Shown here: positions 42,543-52,989 of the stretch, piece after piece | Layout of the letters: the number at the start of each line of letters is the position of its first letter | How positions within the stretch are numbered: the stretch's first letter is position 1 | NCBI RefSeq assembly: GCF_044704955.1 | Contig: NC_091981.1 | Coordinates: 296,918,001-296,982,000, forward strand | Length of the DNA: 64,000 nucleotides | Source: Pristiophorus japonicus | Lineage: Eukaryota | Reading direction: 5' to 3' | The notes under the pieces: generated by a model | Seen by the model: the letters and a program-made list of their open reading frames with translations, nothing else | Database searches by the model: none | Told to the model about the DNA's origin: nothing | Program-made: the position numbers and the translations under genes

Positions 42543-43650
42543 ATTGTGGGTCCAAGTCCCACTTCAGAGATTTGAGTACAATATCTAGGCTAACACTCCA
42601 GTGCAGCGCTGAGGGAGTGCTGCAGTGTCGGAGGTGGCTTTTTTGGATGAGATGTTAAACCAAGGTCCCGTCTGCTCTCTCAGATGGATGTAAAAGATAA
42701 TACCAAGGCAGTATTTTGAAGAAGAGTAGGGGAATTATCCCTGGTGTCGCTCAACCAACATCACTAAAACTGATTGTTCATTATCACATTGCTATTTGTG
42801 GGAGCTTGCTGTGTGCAAATTGTCTGGCACGTTTCCTACATTGCAACAGTGACTACACTTGTTGAGGAAAAGAGTGTTTGAAGGCCAGGCCCTCAAATCT
42901 GGCACCAAGCTCATGGTCTACAGGGCTGTAGTAATACCCGCCCTCCTGTATGGTTCAGAGACATGGACCATGTACAGCAGACATCTCAAGTCGCTGGAGA
43001 AATATCACCAATGATGTCGCCGCAAGATCCTACAAATCACCTGGGAGGACAGACGCACCAACATCAGCGTCCTCGACCAGGCCAACATCCCCAGCATTGA
43101 AGCACTGACCACACTCGATCAGCTCCGCTGGGCAGGCCACATAGTTCGCATGCCAGACATGAGACTTCCAAAGCAAGCGCTCTAATCGGAACTCCTTCAC
43201 GGCAAACGAGCCAAAGGTGGGCAGAGGAAACGTTACAAGGACACCTTCAAAGCCTCCCTTGATAAAATGCAACATCCCCACTGACACCTGGGGGTCCCTG
43301 GCCAAAGACCGCCCTAAGTGGAGGAAGTGCATCTGGGAGGGCACTGAACACCTCCAGTCTCGTCGCCGAGAGCGTGCAGAAATCAAGCTCAGGCAGCGGA
43401 AGGAGCGTGCGGCAAACCAGTCCCACCCTCCCTTACCCTCAACCACTGTCTGTCCCACCTGTGACAGGGACTGTGGTTCTCGTATTGGACTGTTCAGTCA
43501 CCTAAGGACTCATTTTTAGAGTGGAAGCAAGTCTCCCTCAATTCCGAGGGACTGCCTATGATGACACAACAAAAAAAGTACTTCGTTGGCTGTAAAGTGC
43601 TTTTGGGACGTCTTGAGGATGTGAAAGGCGCTCTAGAAATGCAAGTCTTT
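42495..43650 (+). mobile_element. Unexpanded DeuSINE interrupted by an RTE LINE 3' fragment (42862-43563)
   Basis: A/B boxes and a single copy of the 33-bp seed at about 42594-42636. The RTE part ends CPTCDRDCGSRIGLFSHLRTHF; the SINE tail resumes at 43565. Confidence 0.8.
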
Positions 43651-43689
43651 TTCCTATATAAACAAACATTAGCAACAGTAGTTGCTGTC

Positions 43690-43850
43690 TGCCGGCCCCA
43701 GGTGGCGCTGTTCAGCACTGTCTTGGATTTTGCCCCCCGAGGGACGCTCTTGGCCTCGCAGCGAATCGAACCTTGTCGGTGCGGCGACCGGAAGTGTGCG
43801 CCGAGGTGTTGTGTCCGGCGGGGAGACAGCTTCCTGTAGCAGGGCGGCAG
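43690..43850 (+). promoter_or_regulatory. GPAA1: GPAA1 CpG-island promoter and probable non-coding exon 1 (donor CAG|gtgagg at 43850)
   Basis: CpG-rich 43690-44200; ETS site CCGGAAGT at 43788; CTCF-like CCCCAGGTGGCGC at about 43696. The ATG-containing exon has its own pyrimidine-rich acceptor at 47153. Confidence 0.65.
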
Positions 43851-44351
43851 GTGAGGCTCGGGTGGGAGGTGCGGCCAGGGGCCGGGGCTCGAGGGGGGGC
43901 CGGCGGGGGGGATATCCACCTCTGCCCGGGGGCTGGACGCAGGCCTGGATCGCCCCCCTCCCCAGGCTAAAGGGCGGCCATTGCCATGGGAACGGTGCCC
44001 GGCTCAAACCCCTCCCCCTTCCTCCCTCCCGCGTTAAAATGGCCGGCGTGTCCGCGGGCTCTTCGACTGTGGGGGGCGTCACAGCCGAGGCTGGCCCTCC
44101 CCATTGCCCGGGTGTGGGGCACTATAACATATTGACATCTATCCCCACGGAATGGTGCAGCACAGGAGGAGCCCATGCGACCCATCGCGCCGGCTCTTTC
44201 CCAGAGCGATCCCATTGGTCTCACTCCCCTCCCGCTCTTTCTCCAGATCCCGGCAATTTTTTTCTCCTTCCAAGTATTTGTCCAACTCTCTTTTGAAGGC
44301 TACTGTTGACTCTGCTCCCACCGCCCTGATTCCAACATGTTCCTCCTACAT

Positions 44352-46055
44352 TAGAAACATAGAAAATAGGTGCAGGAGTAGGCCATTCGGCCCTTCTAGC
44401 CTGCACCACCATTCAATGAGTTCATGGCTGAACATGCAACTTCAGTACCCCATTCCTGCTTTCTCGCCATACCCCTTGATCCCCCGAGTACTAAGGACTT
44501 CATCTAACTCTCTTTTGAATATATTTAGTGAATTGGCCTCAACAACTTTCTGTGGTAGAGAATTCCACAGGTTCACCACTGTCTGGGTGAAGAAGTTTCT
44601 CCTCATCTCGGTCCTGAATGGGTTACCCCTCATCCTTAGACTGTGACCCCTGGTTCTGGACTTCCCCAACATTGGGAACATTCTTCCTGCATCTAACCTG
44701 TCCAAACCCGTCAGAATTTTAAACGTTTCTATGAGGTCCCCTCTCATTCTTCTGAACTCCAGTGAATACAAGCCCAGTTGATCCAGTCTTTCTTGATATG
44801 TCAGTCCCGCCATCCCGGGAATCAGTCTGGTGAACCTTCGCTGCACTCCCTCAATAGCAAGAATGTCCTTCCTCAGGTTAGGAGACCAAAACTGTACACA
44901 ATACTCCAGGTGTGGCCTCCCTGCCCCTGTACTCAAATCCCCTCGGTATGAAGGCCAACATGCCATTTGCTTTTTTACCTGCATGCCAACCTTCAATGAC
45001 TGATGTACCATGACACCCAGGTCTCGTTGCACCTCCCCTTTTCCTAATCTGTCACCACTCAGATAATAGTCTGTCTCTGTTTTTACCACCAAAGTGGATA
45101 ACCTCACATTTATCCAAATTATACTTCATCTGCCATGCATTTGCCCACTCACCTAACCTATCCAAGTCACTCTGCAGCCTCATAGCATCCTCCTCGCAGC
45201 TCACACTGCCACCCAACTTAGTGTCATCCGCAAATTTGGAGATACTACATTTAATCCCCTCGTCTAAATCATTAATGTACAGTGTAAACAGCTGGGGCCC
45301 CAGCACAGAACCTTGCGGTACCCCACTAGTCACTGCCTGCCATTCTGAAAAGTATCCATTTACTCCTATTCTTTGCTTCCTGTCTGACAACCAGTTCTCA
45401 ATCCACGTCAGCACACTACCCCCAATCCCATGTGCTTTAACTTTGCACATTAATCTCTTGTGTGGGACCTTGTCGAAAGCCTTCTGAAAGTCCAAATACA
45501 CCACATCAACTGGTTCTCCCTTGTCCACTCTACTGGAAACATCCTCAAAAATACGCCAGACAGGGATGTACAATTGTTGTAATTCATCCATGCGGTCTCT
45601 AAATGTCTGCCATTGCCCATCCACAGTCAACCCCTTAAGTATCATTCGCCAATCTATCCTAGCCAATTCACCCCTCATACCTTCAAAGTTACCCTTCTTT
45701 AAGTTCTGGACCATGGTCTCTGAATTAACTGTTTCATTCTCCATCCTAATGCAGAATTCCACCATATTATGGTCACTCTTCCCCAAGGGGCCTCACACAA
45801 TGCGATTGCTAATTAATCCTCTCTCATTACACAACACCCAGTCTAAGATGGCCTCCCCCCTAGTTGGTTCCTTGACATATTGGTCTAGAAAACCATCCCT
45901 TATGCACTCCAGGAAATCCTCCTCCACCGTATTGCTTCCAGTTTGGTTAGCCCAATCTATGTGCATATTAAAGTCACCCATGATAACTGCTGCACCTTTA
46001 TTGCATGTACCCCTAATTTCCTGTTTGATGCCCTCCCCAACATCACCAGTACTGT
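44352..46055 (-). mobile_element. CR1 LINE ORF2 with an internal deletion
   Basis: EN (GDFN, SDH) is joined directly to RT (YLDFQKAFDKVPH, FADDTK); 3' tail at 44352. Confidence 0.9.
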
Positions 46056-47216
46056 TTACAACAGTCATTACACATCAAAAAGTACTTCACGGGCGGTGAA
46101 GCACTTCGGGACGTCCAATGGTCGTGAAAGGAGCTATATAAATGAAAGTCTTTTTCACCCCGTCAGGCAGTGGATTCCAATCTGAACCACTCGCTGCGTA
46201 AAAATGTTTTTCCTCGTCTCACCTCTGCTTTTGCCAATCACCTCTGGTTACCGACCCTCCTGCCACTGGAAACAGTCTCTCCTTATTTACTCTTGTCAAA
46301 ACCATTCATCTCCTAAATCTCCTCTGACCCCACATTGTTCTCCTTGGAGCAGAATAGGTTATTATAGGATGTCCTATATCCCCATTGCCTTTATGTGAGG
46401 TATTATCGGATATTGTCGCACATTCATTGCCTCTAATATAAGTTTATGGATCAGGAAACATTGAAACGTCTGGTTAATACTCTGTATTAAATCAAGTAAA
46501 TGAGATAATAACACAAAACCCTTACATGCAGTGTATGTGAGATAAAGATACCGATTATGCCACATATCGGACTCCTTCAGGATGTTGCAAGCGTGTCGTC
46601 TGGACTGCTTACTCTAGTCTCAGCAAGGCACTGAGTTCCAGTGTGTTGTGCCTTTTATAGGTTTAATTATGTAGGACAATCGGTATCACATTCTGTGCCT
46701 ACACTGTCAATGCGTAAGCTTGCTTAGTGTTGAGCTTAGCTGCTGCCATCTGTTGTGCGTGCCTTTGCTACATGAGGTTGTTAGTTCTCGAGCATTCGTG
46801 CCTGACCTCACAGCCGTGGCACCATCAGTCTTTAATATGTGTCGATATATATTTTATATTAACTGAGGTCGCCGATGGCCAGTCCACCGGCTACACCTAT
46901 ACTTACAACACGCTCCCCCAATACACGCAGTAAATGCCCTCTCCAGTAGGCGCCCCTTCTGTCGGGGAGGGGGAGTTCCACAGGTGCCACCAGGTACCTC
47001 ACCCTTGGCTGTAACTCAGCACAGATTGGGGCTGTATATCTGTCCATCACCAGACAGCGCGATCACCCACCGACCCATCGGCTGCTTCACTCGAAGCCCC
47101 ACCCGGTGGATCAGATCCTGGGCTGTAAATGATTTCCTTCTCTTTACTTTCAGCGTGGGGCCCGTGCAGTCGTGGCCAGTACTTCATCGTGTGGAGCTTT
47201 CACGTGAGGTGCAGCG

Positions 47217-47290
47217 ATGGGACTCCTCTCGGATCCAAACCGCAGGCAGGTGCTGACAAACCTGGTTACCAGAATGAACACACCACTGTG
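47217..47290 (+). CDS. GPAA1: GPI transamidase subunit GPAA1, first coding exon (exon acceptor 47154)
   Basis: MGLLSDPNRRQVLTNLVTRMNTPL(C), matching the GPAA1 N-terminus MGLLSDP; donor |gtgagt; phase 2. Confidence 0.93.
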
Positions 47291-47326
47291 GTGAGTAGAA
47301 TGGGAGGGTCAAGGATCATCGAGTTT

Positions 47327-48466
47327 AGGTATCTGACCTGTGCTGTACCTGCCCTGGGAGTGTTTGATGGGACAGTGTAGAGGGAGCTTTACTCTGTATC
47401 TGACCTGTGCTGTACCTGCCCTGGGAGTGTTTGATGGGACAGTGTAGAGGGAGCTTTACTCTGTATCTTAACCCCCTGTACCTACCCTGGGAGTGTTTGA
47501 TGGGACAGTGTAGAGGGAGCTTTACTCTGTATCTAACCCGTGCTGTACCTGCCCTGGGAGTGTTTGATGGGACAGTGTAGAGGGAGCTTTACTCTGTATC
47601 TAACCCCCTGTTCCTGCCCTGGGGGTGTTTGATGGGACAGTGTAGAGGGAGCTTTACTCTGTATCTAACCCGTGCTGTATCTGCCCTGGGAGTGTTTGAT
47701 GGGACAGTGTAGAGGGAGCTTTACTCTGTATCTAACCCCCTGTACCTACCCTGGGAGTGTTTGATGGGACAGTGTAGAGGGAGCTTTACTCTGTATCTAA
47801 CCCGTGCTGTACCTGCCCTGGGAGTGTTTGATGGGACAGTGTAGAGGGAGCTTTACTCTGTATCTAACCCCCTGTTCCTGCCCTGGGGGTGTTTGATGGG
47901 ACAGTGTAGAGGGAGCTTTACTCTGTATCTAACCCGTGCTGTACCTGCCCTGGGAGTGTTTGATGGGACAGTGTAGAGCGAGCTTTACTCTGTCTCTAAC
48001 CCGTGCTGTACCTGCCCTGGGAGTGTTTGATGGGACAGTGTAGAGGGAGCTTTACTCTGTATCTAACCCGTGCTGTACCTGCCCTGGGAGTGTTTGATGG
48101 GACAGTGTAGAGAGAGCTTTACTCTGTATCTAACCCGTGCTGTACCTGCCCTGGGAGTGTTTGATGGGACAGTGTAGAGGGAGCTTTACTCTGTATCTAA
48201 CCCCCTGTACCTGCCCTGGGCGTGTTTGATGGGACAGTGTAGAGGGAGCTTTACTCTGTATCTAACCCCGTGCTGTACCTGCCCTGGGAGTGTTTGATGG
48301 GACAGTGTAGAGGGAGCTTTACTCTGTATCTAATCCCCTGTACCTGCCCTGGGCGTGTTTGATGGGACAGTGTAGAGGGAGCTTTACTCTGTATCTAACC
48401 CCCTGTACCTGTCCTGGGAGTGTTTGATGGGACAGTGTAGAGGGAGCTTTACTCTGTATCTAACCT
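47327..48466 (-). repeat. 67-bp satellite, reverse orientation (about 17 copies)
   Basis: Reverse complement of the 30856 array; fills GPAA1 intron 47291-48581. Confidence 0.97.
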
Positions 48467-48581
48467 GGAGTTGATGTTGGAGTGCGGTGGGAGTGCCCCT
48501 GATCCTGGTGTTGATGTATGTGCGCGGTAGCCATGGACTGTGTGTTTTTGATGCTCTGTCTTTTTTCTCCCCTGTCTCCAG

Positions 48582-48761
48582 CTTCCTGTGCTACTTGGCA
48601 GGAATCACGTGGTTCATGGGCCTGGCCTTCGAGCCCTTTGCCCTGCGCATGTACACCTCGGAGAACGCCATGGGCTCCACCATGGTGGACGAGAACTTCG
48701 TCTACGGCGACAGGGCACTCTCGTATTCTCGGGAATTCTCAGGACACGGAAAGAAGGCGGG
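48582..48761 (+). CDS. GPAA1: GPAA1 coding exon 2
   Basis: FLCYLAGITWFMGLAFEPFALRMYTSENAMGSTMVDENFVYGDRALSYSREFSGHGKKA(G), covering the first TM helix and SENA motif; ctccag| ... |gtaaga; 180 bp. Confidence 0.95.
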
Positions 48762-48817
48762 GTAAGAGGGGACATGGGTCTCTGCTGGCAGAGGTTAACG
48801 AGCAAAGATCTGACCTG

Positions 48818-49018
48818 AGAGGGCAGGGTTCAAAGGTCTGATTGGAGAGGGCAGGGTTCAAAGGTCTGATTGGAGAGGGCAGGGGTTCAAAGGTCTGATT
48901 GGAGAGGGCAGGGTTCAAAGGTCGAATTGGAGAGGGCAGGGTTCAACGGTCTGATTGGAGAGGGCAGGGTTCAAAGGTCTGAGAGGAGAGGGCCGGGTTC
49001 AAAGGTCTGAGCGGAGAG
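48818..49018. repeat. 28-bp minisatellite GAGGGCAGGGTTCAAAGGTCTGATTGGA (7 copies)
   Basis: Directly visible. Confidence 0.92.
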
Positions 49019-49336
49019 GATGGGATGTGGGGGAAGTTTCTGTCCATTAAAGGCTGGATTGAAGGATCAGTGATCAGAGCGCGGGAGCCTGGCTTGTGCG
49101 ACTGGGGAGCCTGGTAGGGTATGTGACACTGAGTGCTTGGTGGGAGTTAGGAGTGGGATGGAGTCTTCGGGGCTGTGTTAAAATGGATGGGATTGTGGGT
49201 GAGGGGTCCCTGCTCGAACGGGCGTGGTTCAGGAAGGGGCCTCCGATCACAGTCTGTACAGGAAGAGTTTCGGAGTGAATCTACGCTTAGAAGGAGGTGT
49301 TGTTCAGTCTAACTGCAGGCCTTTTCTTTGCCCCAG

Positions 49337-49448
49337 GGGGATGCCTGTAGACTGGCTCGTGAAGACCATGACTGGCCTGGGACTGGAGACTCACACCCAG
49401 ACCTTCACTCGGACTCTGCCCTTCCCGGATGAGATACGGGAGCGATAC
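49337..49448 (+). CDS. GPAA1: GPAA1 coding exon 3
   Basis: GMPVDWLVKTMTGLGLETHTQTFTRTLPFPDEIRERY; ccccag| ... |gtacgt; 112 bp, phase 2-0. Confidence 0.94.
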
Positions 49449-49804
49449 GTACGTTACAAGACCTCGTCACATTCATGAACTAGACGTTACGATTACACAC
49501 TTTACGGGGTCGCTCCACGGGTATGCTCGCTTCCCCCCAGCGGCTCGGGGGTGAAATCCATCACCTGGTCTGGTGCTGAGGCCCAGTCCCCAGCCTCCGC
49601 TGAGTTAGTTGTTCCCTCCCGGGGATGTGTGACTGCCGATGGGATTGCACTCGGGCCGAGAGAGGAGAAAGATCAGCCGGGGATCCTGTTCCCGATGACT
49701 GCGCAGTGCCTCCTGCTGGGAAAGTGCATGGGTCTGGACATGGGAACAGGATCCGGCCTTCAATTTCTCCCCCTCCTTCCCCCTTGTGTATTACATACAA
49801 ACAA

Positions 49805-51020
49805 AAGAATTAGGAGCAGGAGTACGGCCCCTCGTTCAATGAGATCACAGCTGATCTTCTACCTGCACTATCCCCATATCCCTCGATTCCCTTAATATCC
49901 CAAAATCTATCAATATAAGGACTGAGCCTCCATAGCCCCCTGGGGTAGAGAATTCCAAAGATTCACCACCCTCTCAGTGAAGAAGTTTCTCATCATCTCA
50001 GCCCTAAATGGCAGACCCCTTATTCTGAGACTGCGACCCCTGGTTCTAGCCTCCCCAGCCAGAGGAAACATCCTGCCTGCATTTGCCCTGTCAAGCCCTG
50101 TAAGAATTTTGTATGTTTCAATGAGATCACCTCTCATTCTTCTAAACTCTTGAGAATGTCGGCCTAGTCTACTCAATCTCTCCACATAGGACAATCCCCC
50201 CCATCCCAGGAATCGGTCTGGTGAACCTCCGTTACACTCCCTCAATGGCAAGTATATCCTTCCTTAGGTAAGGAGACCTAAGGACATCAGCGAACCGGTT
50301 GGGATTTTACGACAATCCGACAGTTTCATGCTCACATTTACCGACACAGATTTAGCAAACTGTATTCAAATTCTCGAATATGGTGGGATTTGAACTCCTG
50401 ACCTCTGGATTATTAATCCAGGGCTCCGGATCATTGGTCCAGTAATATAACCACTACGCTACCGTAGACAGCCATTAAAGAATGAGATGCAGGAGACTCT
50501 ACCAAAAAGAAGTTTCCATAGCTAAGCGTTCTAGATCGAGATCATAGAATGATACATAGAAATTTACAGCGCAGGAGGAGGCCATTTCGGCCCATCGTGT
50601 CTGTGCCGGCTGACAAAGAGCCGCACGGCCCTCGGTCAGCAGCCCTGAAAGTTACATATAAACCTATGAACAATGGCAGAAAGGTAAAGAGCACCCAGCC
50701 CAACCAGTCCGCCTCACACAACTGCAACACCCCTTATACTGAAACATTCTACACTCCACCCCAACCGGAGCCATGTGATCGCCTGGGAGAGGCAAAAAAC
50801 AGATAAAATCCCAGGCCAATTTTGGGGGGAAAAATCTGGGAAAATTCCTCTCCGACCCATTCAGGCGATCGAAACTAGTGCAGGAGATCACCCTGGCCGT
50901 ATTCGATTCCCTGCGGTATTTACCATCGTATTTGCGCCAGCCAACGAGGTAACCCAGCCTAATCCCAATTACCAGCTCTCGGTCTGTAACCCTGCGGGTT
51001 ACGGTACTTCAAGTGCCCAT
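49805..51020 (-). mobile_element. CR1 3' ends (49805-50278; 50540-51020) and a tRNA-like SINE (about 50285-50465)
   Basis: [16 protein letters not shown]...; B-box-like GAGTTCAAATCC on the minus strand; CR1-type tail hairpin. Confidence 0.65.
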
Positions 51021-51032
51021 CCACTACGCTGC

Positions 51033-51262
51033 CATCATCATCAGAGGCAGTCCCTCGGAAACGAGGATGACTTGCTTCCACGCCAAAAAAGGGATGAGTT
51101 CACAGATGTTTCAATGAAGGACCAAATATTCCAGGTCCCGAACTACATCCTGAAGGGTGGAAGATGCCTGTGCGTGGATTTTTTTAACGTGGGTTGGCCG
51201 TTGCACACCAACCACCACACGGGCTTGACAGAGCTAGGTCTTGGTCCAGGGGCAAGGGATAC
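51033..51262 (-). mobile_element. Non-autonomous RTE-derived retroposon, truncated copy
   Basis: Reverse complement matches 3096-3379, including the (GAT)n tail. Confidence 0.8.
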
Positions 51263-51619
51263 CTAGGTCGACTGGAGACCATACAGCACAGAAGGAGGCC
51301 ATTCAGCCCATCGCTCTTGCGATGATAGAACATTGGACTTAACCAGACCACCAGTTCGCCTCCTACCTGCCTGACAGTCACATGATATAACGATGAATGG
51401 AGTTATTAATGGCAATCCCGAGTAGATCTCCCGTGGCAGTGCTCATGGATACACCCGAGGATGGGGCTGCTGTACCTTGTAACACACAGTGTATTATTCT
51501 GCTGCCGCGGTGCATTTAAGGCCACACAGTCTCATTCACGTAACCTTGCAGCACAGAAGGAGGCATTCGGCCCGTCGTGCCTCTTTGAAAGAGCTATCCA
51601 ATTAGAGACACCCCCCCGC

Positions 51620-51797
51620 TAATGTTCCCTTTAAGCTACCCGGCCGCACACCGCCCCAGGGAGTCCCGTGCAGCCGGTGAGCCAGCTTTTAAAGGGGGGA
51701 AAAAAACGCGCATGCGCAGACTTTTAAACGTGCCGTTCAGTCTGTTAAAGGGGCCCCACGGCCCTTAAAAAAAAAAAAAAAATGACAGGGAAAATGG
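51620..51797. mobile_element. hAT-type MITE (same TIR family as 6977)
   Basis: TAATGTTCCC ... GGGAAAATGG; decayed 8-bp TSD ccccccgc / gcccctgc; inside a CR1 tail. Confidence 0.55.
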
Positions 51798-52297
51798 GCC
51801 CCTGCTCTTTCCCCATCGCCCTGAAAGTGTTTCATTAATCGTTGTTAAGGAAGCACCAGGTGGGGTCAGTCAGAATTGAAGTGCGCTGTGGTTTGCAGAT
51901 TTCAGCTGGGCTGCGATGCCCAGCTCTCTCGCTCTGTGTTTTTTATAGAAGTGTGATTGCAGAGGTCAGTCCAGGCGGACAGACTCTCTGACTCCTGTGT
52001 CAATAAGATACTTTCTGTTGGCGGGTGAGTTTTCCTGCACATTGTAAATGATTGCATTTATTTTTCTTTGTAAAACTATTTTTTTGGGGGGGGGGGGGGG
52101 GCGGGGAAAGTGGAACACGCACATTTGCGTGTAGACAGACGTGACAGCAACATCAACAACCTGCATTTATATAGCGCCTTTAACGTGCTAAAACATCCCG
52201 AGGCACTTCACAGGAGCGATTATCTGACAAATTTTGACACTGAGCCACATGAGGAGATATTAAGATAGATGACCATAAGCTTGGTCAAAGAGGTAGG

Positions 52298-52844
52298 TGT
52301 AATATCTCGAGTAAAGCAATGTAACTGAGTACTGTAGACGTGAGTGTGACCTTAGTCTCTTTATTCTATCTCCAGAGTGCCCGCACAGCATGGGTGGCCT
52401 GCTTATATACAGTGCTCCCAAGGGATGCTGGGATCCCTTGGGACTCAAAACAGATACGCCCTCTGGTGGCGGTAGAATGCTGGTTACAAGGTGTTGCATA
52501 CATAACATCACTCCCTCCCAAAGTCAATAGTACACTTATTTACAGGGTGAGACGATCTGGGGCTTTCCGCTCCCTAGTCCATCGTCTCGGCACAAACGAA
52601 GGTGCAGGTGAGTTGGTTGGGCCTTCGCTGGGCTGTTGTGCAGCTGGCCTTGCCGGGCTGCTGGGGCCGATGAGTTCAGCTTCGTGGTCAACCGTGATGT
52701 CGGACGCCACTTGTGTGTGTATCGGAGGGTCGAAGTTGGTGGTGTCCTCTTCGGGTTGCTCATGGTAGTCTGTGAATCGCAGTTGGGTTTGGTCCAAATG
52801 CTTTCTGCAAGTTAGTCCATTTGTGAGTTTGACCTGAAACACTC
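52298..52844 (-). mobile_element. Gypsy LTR retrotransposon 3' fragment: integrase tail, PPT and complete 3' LTR (52298-52507)
   Basis: Minus-strand ORF ends VFQVKLTNGLTCRKHLDQ...PRRWTRERKAPDRLTL*. PPT GGGAGGGAGTGA abuts TGTTATG; the LTR carries TATA and AATAAA and ends ...TTACA. 16-bp flanking duplication. Confidence 0.85.
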
Positions 52845-52989
52845 TGGTCAAAGAGGTAGGTTTTAAGGTGTGACTTAAAAGAAGGATAGAGAGGCGGAGA
52901 GGTTTACAGGGGAAGTTCCAGAACTTGGGGGCCCAGGCAGCTGAAGACACGGCCACCGATGCTGGAGCAGAAATGTGCAAGGGGCCACA

